Part shown: piece after piece, positions 38,001-45,597 of the stretch | How positions within the stretch are numbered: the first letter of the stretch is position 1 | Layout: the number at the start of each line of letters is the position of its first letter | NCBI GenBank assembly: GCA_000934665.2 | Contig: JYFJ02000809.1 | Span: forward strand, 62,001 to 107,597 | Direction of reading: 5' to 3' | Origin: Catajapyx aquilonaris | Taxonomy: Eukaryota | Length of the DNA: 45,597 nt | Made by a program: the position numbers and the translations under genes | Notes under the pieces: model-generated | What the model was told of the DNA's origin: nothing | The model's database searches: none | The model's input: only the letters and a program-made list of their open reading frames with translations

Positions 38001-40092
38001 GAAGCACGTCCAATTAGTGTCTTCCGAGTCTAATTCCCGGTAGTAGAGAAGTTGAATACCAAAGCACAGCAACACCACCATTTCCATGGCTACTATTCTT
38101 ACCCTTCGTAGTTAGTTTCGGTGCAAATATCCACGTATTCATGATCAAGAGAGTCGTGTCTGGAGGCTTTCTGATCCTCTGTGGACATAAAGTTCCCTAC
38201 GCATCTCTCGTTGAAGTTGGCTCCAGTGTCCAACAGGTACTTAACCATGGCCGGATCTTCGTTGACGATGGCCATGTGCAGGACATTCTCCCCGAAGTAC
38301 TCCTCCGACAAGTATACATCATTGATGGCCTTTGGATAGAATCGGAGGATTCTCTTGGCCAGCTCCGCATGCACGGCCGTGGCGCTCAGGAAGCACAGGT
38401 GCATGCAACTCTCTCCGACAGCACCTCGCTGGAGGATGTCCCAGCATGTGAACCGATACATGGATGGGTCTAGGGCCAAAAAGAATGGCTGCAGTAGGAT
38501 CAAACTGAACTTGCAGACGAAGGTGTTACCAACTATTGCATTAAACTTCCGGTTACTGGAAGACATGGTACAGTACGTTACTATAGGGGGTGCTAAGGGT
38601 GCAATCAGACCACTTGTTACATGCAGCAGCAGGTGCAGGCAGAGCTTGAGAATATAGTCATTAGCATGTGTATACGATACCTTTGTTTTCAGTAAATGCT
38701 GGCGTTGAATTCACGAGCTTATCGATGTCCTCCTCCGTAGGATCATCCAAGTTTCGCATAATCGGCAGTTGCTTATGCCTAGGTCTATCCATGTTCCTGA
38801 GCAGCACCATTTCAGCTATTGGAACGTACTTTCCTTCCCCTCCGTTGTACATAAACGGTTTAAGGAGCGTCTTTATTGCTTCATCCACCTCCCTGTAGTC
38901 CTTCGTTTTAGTAGCTGTTTTCATCATGTCGACCAAAAGACCTCCGCCTGTGGTAAGGGAACACAGGGTCGCCACTAATAAATGTTCTAACATAAAGGGC
39001 CATCATGTCTTCTGCATACTAACCCTATAGGCCTACTAACCAAAATGCAACGGTTATACCTACAACCTTCTCGGCTTGAGATATCGTCCGGAAATAATTT
39101 AATACACCAGGCAGTAAAATCTTTATTGGCGTCATGATCTCTTTAGTTTTTTTATCAACATTTTCCATAATATACATTACAAGAGCATGCTTTTCTACCT
39201 CCTACTCATATTTAATCCACTGAAGCATTTAAAATTTTGATTGGTCACTTTACAACCTATACAACTTAGCTGTTAACGTTATTAAAAATCCCTAGATTTG
39301 CTTAAATCCACACTCCTATTCCAAGAACCAATTTGCTCCAGGTAATGTGCTAACAGTTCAAAGCAAATAGAGCGTAAACCAAGTCGATATGTTGTTTACT
39401 ATTCGACATTAATTCCGAATCAAACAAAACTCATATAACCGTGGTTTAGAATAAAACTTCAATATGTGCGTCACACTCACTTATATTAAAATTACAATTT
39501 AATCCATGCGTCGCATCCGCAAAATGTATAATTATGTACATTCGAACATAATGTGCTGACTAAAAATCAATGCCACAAATTCTCGTTACCTGAATTCCCT
39601 ATTTTTTTCGCCCATTTATCATTTCCTTCGTGCGGAGAGTCGTAACTTTGCCTCGGGATCACTCAAAAAGATGACGATTTTCTATTGAAACCAAATGCAA
39701 AATCTTTTTCAGTGATATAGCACCCATGCAATTGACTCTAGCTAGTTCTTTTAGACGTCCTTTTCTATAGCGTTTCTAGAGGCTACAATATATATAGTAT
39801 CTAGAATAATCTACCATAAACAAGCAAGATGCAGCAAATTCAATTACACTTTCAGTGACCCTGTACTTTACCCGAATAATACCTTTCGCTCCAAAACTAG
39901 GAAACGATAAAACTAGAGTAGCAGAAAATCTGAACGCTACTAAACTGCTTATCGGCCCTAATCCTTCGAAATAACGGTCTTTCAAGTAACGCCTCACTAA
40001 CCTTTCAGATTCATAAGCCTGTACATAGGCCTCCCTTCGGAATCGGTCTGCTTCTTAACTCCGCTAGTGACATTGCTCTCAGCATTACCCAT
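34777..40092 (-). CDS. nan: TRPV cation channel Nanchung, complete 13-exon gene, 2463 nt CDS, 820 aa
   Basis: complement(join(40002..40092,38681..38947,38103..38469,37369..37522,37145..37295,36963..37066,36806..36888,36573..36741,36246..36512,36026..36177,35574..35838,35389..35505,34777..35052)). All introns are GT-AG with consistent phases. Nan-type N-terminus [15 protein letters not shown]...[12 protein letters not shown]; ankyrin repeats ([35 protein letters not shown]); S4-S5 [17 protein letters not shown]6 [17 protein letters not shown] box EWQRQWA. Confidence 0.95.
35389..35505 (-). CDS. nan: nanchung exon 12 (S6)
   Basis: [51 protein letters not shown]. Confidence 0.95.
35574..35838 (-). 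CDS. nan: nanchung exon 11 (S5, pore)
   Basis: [14 protein letters not shown]...HEYIAK |GTATGA. Confidence 0.95.
36026..36177 (-). CDS. nan: nanchung exon 10 (S3-S4)
   Basis: TTTCAG| ATVPSRV...PYFLFFC |GTACAG. Confidence 0.93.
36246..36512 (-). CDS. nan: nanchung exon 9 (S1-S2 loop, S2)
   Basis: CCTTAG| TDTNES...MFVENL |GTGAGT. Confidence 0.9.
36573..36741 (-). CDS. nan: nanchung exon 8 (S1)
   Basis: [30 protein letters not shown]...LTTY |GTAAGG. Confidence 0.88.
36806..36888 (-). CDS. nan: nanchung exon 7
   Basis: [39 protein letters not shown]. Confidence 0.9.
36963..37066 (-). CDS. nan: nanchung exon 6
   Basis: [15 protein letters not shown]...IVFG |GTACGT. Confidence 0.9.
37145..37295 (-). 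CDS. nan: nanchung exon 5
   Basis: [16 protein letters not shown]...[12 protein letters not shown]. Confidence 0.93.
37369..37522 (-). CDS. nan: nanchung exon 4
   Basis: [15 protein letters not shown]...HNKI |GTGAGT. Confidence 0.95.
38080..38093. promoter_or_regulatory. Candidate RFX X-box in nanchung intron 3
   Basis: GTAGCC-AT-GGAAAT (minus strand) closely fits the X-box pattern GTHNYY-AT-RRNAAC. A second half-site, CCTAGCAAC, lies at 37988-37996. Confidence 0.35.
38103..38469 (-). CDS. nan: nanchung exon 3 (ankyrin repeats)
   Basis: [16 protein letters not shown]...TNYEG |GTAAGA. Confidence 0.95.
38681..38947 (-). CDS. nan: nanchung exon 2
   Basis: [16 protein letters not shown]...FTENK |GTATCG. 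Confidence 0.9.
40002..40092 (-). CDS. nan: nanchung coding exon 1
   Basis: ACACC-ATG-G context; encodes [30 protein letters not shown]; donor G|GTTAGT. Confidence 0.92.
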
Positions 40093-41101
40093 GGTGTTTT
40101 CAAGCAGGTATACCAAGAGCACAAATCCGAATAGCTCCTCCAGCACTTCAGAAACTCGCGAATATTCTCCTCATCGACCAAACATATCCCTAATTGATCC
40201 CTCTCTGCCCCAATCAGGAAAAGGCATGATCTGCAACAGCAAAAGGACACAAAGACTATCCATACACATTTTTATTATGGACTACTTTTTACACAAATAA
40301 ATTCTTCATTATCGACGAAGTTTCTTGTAGATTTTTATTACTTAGGTAAGTACATGGCATTGAGGACTAGTGTGTTGACATTATTATGTAACAGTTCAGC
40401 ATTAACATTACGTCAGGGAGAACCTCCCAGTGGGAAAACCGTTGTTTTTCTGGTTTCTCCCATAAAAAATGCACAGACACATCATTTTGTTTATTGTTAC
40501 ACTAGGTAATTATTACAAACTCAATTACAACCCATATATTTACAGTAATAATCAGATGCCTACTTTTAATGTGGTGTTACACAGCAGATCACAATGAAAA
40601 TAATAAAACCACAGGGCCAATATTTTTCCAGAGAAATTACCATAATGAATCACAGATACTACAGAGACAGGCTGAAAACATTCAAACTCAACATGCTTGC
40701 TCATGGAGCGGCTATTTATTGTCAACAGATTATCCCATCATCGTAATTCTCATGCATGTTAAAATAGCTCACATTTAGCAGCTGGATTGGTCTTTAAAAT
40801 AATATTTACACGCTGCTCTCTTCGCTGCTGTTATTTCCACTCCAAATTATAATAATCGCGAATTACTATGACACAAACAGTATATCAGGAAATAGTGTTT
40901 CATGAATTCTCAGATCTTCAATAATATAATAATCAATACCACAGACGGAACCAACAATTCTCCAATCTACTGAAGATCCGACGAGTTTGTTGTGAGCAAA
41001 TGTTTGATCCCATTTTAAGACTGACTTTATCAACAATACAATGAGAGTCCTGACATGCTCTAAACCACTCTATAAAAATAGGTATACTGGCACTTAATAA
41101 A

Positions 41102-41307
41102 TTAAATCAGCTTCACTTGCTCATCATTAAGATAATAGATCGATTCTAAGCCTTGAGAATTGGAATGAGATGGGAATGAAGAAGTCGAAGAATTAGGTGA
41201 GGTGAGGCTGTATGGCTTGTCGGAATGTGGTGACGTCAGGCGAGGATAGTACTGCCTGTAGCACAGGTATGAAACGGAGACACCCAGCAGCGACCCACAC
41301 AACACAT
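41102..41307 (-). CDS. PLPP4/5-like terminal exon
   Basis: [15 protein letters not shown]...YRQYYP...KLI*. Confidence 0.9.
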
Positions 41308-43323
41308 CTGCAAATACGAAATATTGCGAAGACTGGCAAAATATGTTCAAGTCACAAAAAATATTGTCAACATATCAGCCGTGATCATGGGATATCGTTA
41401 CAAAGAAATGGAGCTGTTCCATTGCATCTCACACTGACAATATCAATTTTGGACATTACCAGCTCCTTAGTCGGTGTAACGCAGAGCCTCATTCAATCAA
41501 AACTGACATCAGCAAAGTATTTGCAATATATTCACCTTGCCAGTGGTGGTGGTAATCACAAGTTCGGCTGAGGGCGATGATCATTGCCAACAAAAGTGGA
41601 ATGAGAGAGATAATCAATCGCCAAGAATGTCCTCGTCCCCGAGGATTGAACACATGGAGTTTCCCAGACAAAAAGAAGAAGGTGAATCCCATGCTCGCGA
41701 AGGAAACTTTAAATAGAGAAAGCAGGCTGTAAAACACCATATACGGTAACAATAGAGTTACATAGATGGAACTGTGTAAAACGATTTAGGGACACGTGGA
41801 ACACCATGTAGCACATTGGTTTGTTTTTTGGGTGTGGAAAGAAAAGTATGATGCCACTGGTATTTAGATTCCACATGTTTCCGAACAGGTTTGGCGAGGT
41901 CTGCATTGCACCTTTGGTGTTGAGCATTATTTAGCAACTCAAAATTCCTTTTTGGATTGCAGGCCATTTTTTAAATTCTGATTGAAAGAGTAACTGCCAT
42001 GTTCTAATGAAGAACGTTGCAGTTACTCTTTCAGTCAGAATTTTTAAAAATGGCTTATATGTTATTAAGAAGAGCTTCTTAATTACATATAAGCCAACAT
42101 TACCATCTTTTTGCAAATTGGCAATTTCTTAACTGATTTTTATGCAAGAGAATAATGTAAATACTTATTGCACATGTGACTGTAACAGACATGCTCATGT
42201 CTTAGGTACTTGACAAATGCTGCAGCCTGCAGGCAATTTCTTAAAACTTATACCTTCTTCCACGCTCTTCATGATCCTCTCATAACGTTAACAAGTCCAA
42301 TCTTCAACTTACCATAATACCAAGTCGGGATTATCCATTTACTCTATATTGATTTCCCAAGGCTTCAGTTCTCAGAAAGAAAATTAAATGGAATATTCCG
42401 CTTAGGTTCCAAGAAATTTAATATCCTATTAGTAAAGGAGATCATAATTTGATTATAACTGCTCCCTTTACTCAGAAAAGGCAGTTATCAGATGGATGGT
42501 GAAACTTCTCACGCGATTACTTTCCTATTCACAATTGATGGACCTCTTTGTAAATCAGTTTCCATGTGATGTGAATTACGTATGTTCACTGAATGCTTGA
42601 ATAGAGAATGTTTAAAAGTGCAAAAGCTCAATCCTATTTCAGTGAGCTTCCGTAATGCATCCAATAATAATTAGATACCTCGTGATAAGCCTGCTGGAAA
42701 TCCTTCCAACACTTGACTTAATTCACTGCCTGTGCTTTGATGAATTTTTATTGTGGGAGGAAATGGGAGAACCCTGAGAAAACTCACACAAGCATGAAGA
42801 GAACCATTAAAGCTCTTTCTGTTTGATCTAAGGATCAACGTCCGGATCTCAGAGATGGAAGGCAGTGGTGCTAACGACTACTCTACCATACTGCCCACCT
42901 GATGCACACTGTACTCTTGAATAATACTGTACAAAAGCAGCTGAAAGAAAAAGATCTCTCAAGAACATGACTTACAAGAAGAATGGCCACTGGGAAAGCT
43001 CTTTCGCCCCTCAACAACAGCAGCATAATCCCCAGTGCATTTCATTTCATCATTGGGCTTCCCATCAGGAAAGCAACGCCAAAAAAAATCAGGTCTGGGG
43101 CGACCTAGACAAACAGTATGAGACGTTCAAGTGATGACACTTACAGAGCTCTATGTTAATATCACAGAAACACACCTACTACCAATTTGATGATGTTGGT
43201 TATGATTCCATTTAAAGCGAGGGCTAGAGAGAGTGCAAGAATGGCCTCACACAGATCAGTTTTATTTCGTCGGAAGAAGTAGAAGAGGAAGATGACCACA
43301 ACAGGGGTTACGAAGACAAATGG
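41102..43323 (-). CDS. Phospholipid phosphatase PLPP4/PLPP5 (PPAPDC1)-like, PAP2 family; last four coding exons, 5' exons outside the window
   Basis: complement(join(43176..43323,42976..43104,41536..41706,41102..41307)). PAP2 motifs C1 KLVVGRPRP, C2 SFPSGHSS and C3 [16 protein letters not shown] introns in consistent phase 1. Confidence 0.93.
41536..41706 (-). CDS. PLPP4/5-like exon (motif C3)
   Basis: TTAAAG| SFASMGF...[19 protein letters not shown]. Confidence 0.93.
42752..42896 (-). mobile_element. tRNA-derived SINE fragment with V-SINE/HE1-like body
   Basis: Minus-strand head GGGCAGTATGGTAGAGTAGTCGTTAGCACCACTGCCTTCC... with an A-box and a degenerate B-box (GTTGATCC). The plus-strand body TGTGGGAGGAAATGGGAGAACCCTGAGAAAACTCACACAAGCATGAAGAGAAC resembles the V-SINE core as I recall it. 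Confidence 0.7.
42976..43104 (-). CDS. PLPP4/5-like exon (motifs C1-C2)
   Basis: [20 protein letters not shown]...[17 protein letters not shown]. Confidence 0.95.
43176..43323 (-). CDS. PLPP4/5-like exon (TM helices, start of motif C1)
   Basis: TGGCAG| PFVFVTP...[19 protein letters not shown]. Confidence 0.9.
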
Positions 43324-43512
43324 CTGCCAAAGTAAAATATAGTGGATCAGTACCACAATAACACATCACCTGTCCTGTTATATCAACTCGGAAAACAAAA
43401 GCATTTTTAATTAGATATCAAAAACACATCATCTTCAAACTAGGCCTATGAACCAATATTTAATGATCAACTGTGTAATAATAGATCACAGGGGGACTCA
43501 TACAGAGTAAAT

Positions 43513-44386
43513 GAGGCACCTTCTTCCAAAACCCGACAAAGCCAATTTCCAAAAAAAATGAGTTAAGGGTGGAAATATGTTCTTCAAGATGTGTTTCATC
43601 ACGTAACGACAAAATATTCAGCAAACATCGACAAATGCGGCTGTAATGGCCCGAAGAAAAGTGGCCAATCATGCAAAACCCGACAAATGCAGGCAGGAAG
43701 TTCATATTCTATGTTTCTAAAACCGACAAATCCACCGAATCATCCATAACCTGACAAATGCAGCGTGAACAGCTCTAGTTGGCATGGGATATCTTTCGTA
43801 CTCAGACAAATCCATCTCTAAGCTACACATGGCACCACAGTGAGTCATACTTCCTCCCGTACGCGTTCTTTGTCAAGGCAGTCATCTGGCAGTCAGACTA
43901 CATAGGTTCCTGCTCCAAGATGGACGTGCCGGACGAACCCGCGGCGGGACCCAGGTAAATGAAGACTCTACACATAAAAACACCAGTTATGCTGGTATTG
44001 CTGTTATGATACGTGACTGAAATATTCACAATGATTATCACAATCACTCCGACTCCGCTTCACACCACTTTCAGCCACGACCCTGCAGCTGATGTTCCTG
44101 TATTGGAGTCACCATTGGGTTTTCAAATTTCCTAAATGTTGCAAAAACCGCCAAATCCACTCTCTTTGCAGCAAAAATCGATATATCCACAACGACTATT
44201 CCTTAAACTACGACTTGACGATGTTATCATTTTCTTGTGAAAGCTCATCATATGCAGCATCCACATATGTAGCAGATGGACTTGGGCCGGTCTTGTAATA
44301 TTAATTAGCTTCGGCACCGCAGCTATTTCTCAATTATCTCGGAACCATTTATCTTGGACTTATTGGGTTTTGGAAGAAGGCGCCTC
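43513..44386. mobile_element. Non-autonomous Sola2-like DNA transposon, 874 bp, in PLPP intron
   Basis: TIR GAGGCACCTTCTTCCAAAACCC versus GAGGCGCCTTCTTCCAAAACCC (22 bp, 1 mismatch). GAG...CTC termini; 4-bp TSD AAAT at 43509-43512 and 44387-44390; repeated subterminal (CC)GACAAAT motifs. Confidence 0.8.
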
Positions 44387-44578
44387 AAATATTACTCCAC
44401 AAAATTTGTATTACTTCTAAATACACCAAGGACCATATTAATCAACATTCTCCTTTACAGTCATTCTCAAACTCTCCTAAATCTATGCTTCTATGCATGT
44501 TGACCATACTTACACAAAATAAACTATAACATGGCCCAGCTACCCTTGTAAGCATATGTATACTATGTTTCCATGCTA

Positions 44579-44796
44579 CACTCCAAATCACATAAGTGTG
44601 AACCTTTTTGGATACCCATACGTCTGAGGGGGCGGTGAGCCGCCGTGCCGCAAAATTAGTCCCTAGTATCTCTGGCTTTCCCCAAGAAACAGTGCTGGTA
44701 CATGTAATTGTGAGGAGCGGTAGGGCCCAGCATGGTGGGCACTACTTTCGGGCGTATGGATGTCCAAAAATGTTCTCTCTTATGTGAATCGGAGAG
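44579..44796. mobile_element. Tc1/mariner-superfamily MITE, 218 bp, TA TSD
   Basis: About 50-bp imperfect TIRs: CACTCCAAATCACATAAGTGTGAACCTTTTTGGATACCCATACG versus reverse-complemented CTCTCCGATTCACATAAGAGAGAACATTTTTGGACATCCATACG. TA on both flanks. Confidence 0.85.
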
Positions 44797-45546
44797 TACA
44801 TACAAAGTGGGACTCTTAACAGTGGGCTAAAAACATGCAATCTATAATATCACAAAAATCTTGCTATACTGATGGAAGCTGATCTCATCTGATATTCATG
44901 ATAATTTCCTAAACTATTGCAAAAGAAAAAACCTTTTAAAGATTCCCCTTATTTGCATATTATTCTCTGGAATTAGGAAAAATTATTACATCAATATGGC
45001 TTCTCCCTGCATTTGCATAATAAGTATTGGAATAGAGATAATGGAAGGAACCCACAAAGCAGGCCTACTGTTTAAAAAATTGAATCAGAAGAGATACCCT
45101 TCCAGATATTAATTTTGCTGGTTAATATTATAACTTATGCCTTCTACTGTGCTGATATGAAAAGGCCATAATCCATACACTATTATCAGTAAGATTATTC
45201 CAACAAAAATAACTGACTGTTTATTGAACTAACATAACCTGAAGATCAAAGTTCACAAATCCACAACTGAACTGTGGACACACGGATCCCGAGCAGCACA
45301 GCAAAAGAGTACTCATCAATGCAGAATTAATAATTGATTTTTCATTTTTACTGTGAATACGGTTACACACAATTATACTGATATGCTTAAAAAACTGTTA
45401 TCTAAAATCACAGTCGAGAAGGAAAAAGTTATAAAGAAAGAATAAAATGAACACAATGTGTTCGAACTGACAAAAAAATGTGGAAATTTGAAGTGGTACC
45501 ATATACAGGGTGATCCAACTCTGTGGCACCAACAGTTATTGGAAAA

Positions 45547-45589
45547 ATCAACAAGCTGCTTGTTTATAAGCAGGTCGTTGCTAAGAGAT
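45547..45589. promoter_or_regulatory. Candidate forkhead + RFX X-box module
   Basis: ATCAACA (45547-45553) and TGTTTAT (45561-45567; reverse complement ATAAACA) match RYMAAYA. GTTGCTAAGAGAT (45577-45589) is X-box-like. Confidence 0.35.
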
Positions 45590-45597
45590 CAATAAGA

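Noticed and set aside
40011..40250. 79-aa ORF over the nanchung first exon, or a PLPP-nan fusion protein
   Set aside because: It is a different frame from Nan with a non-ATG start. Splicing the phase-1 PLPP donor (41535) to the 40230 acceptor reaches TGA within six codons, so no fusion protein results.
43513..43830. Spaced GACAAAT repeats as a possible CRISPR-like array
   Set aside because: The repeats are short, degenerate and irregularly spaced, lie inside a TIR element in a eukaryotic intron, and no cas genes are present.

Overview
Eukaryotic, almost certainly arthropod, genomic DNA: AT-rich, with spliceosomal GT-AG introns. Four protein-coding loci are supported. (1) The first two coding exons (TM1-TM3) of an NPF/NPY-receptor-like class A GPCR, minus strand, 3816-5379; its remaining exons are not seen and probably lie left of the window. 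(2) An isolated, intronless 365-aa gene, plus strand, 23408-24505, of the DUF2236 / mpaB / latex-clearing-protein-like heme-oxygenase family, with apparently substituted catalytic residues. (3) A complete 13-exon TRPV channel gene, the nanchung orthologue (820 aa), minus strand, 34777-40092. (4) The last four coding exons of a PLPP4/5-like phospholipid phosphatase, minus strand, 41102-43323. Introns and intergenic DNA hold a hAT MITE with a perfect 8-bp TSD, a Sola2-like element, two Tc1/mariner-type MITEs, a V-SINE-like tRNA SINE and microsatellites. No CRISPR array, rRNA or tRNA gene was seen, and I cannot support a wholly new multi-gene system. The best leads are the divergent oxygenase-fold gene and unusual features of the nanchung locus: a pore variant, a stop-free 3n intron, an in-frame uORF, and RFX/forkhead motifs lying inside the neighbouring gene. 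All family assignments come from recognising motifs from memory, not from database searches.
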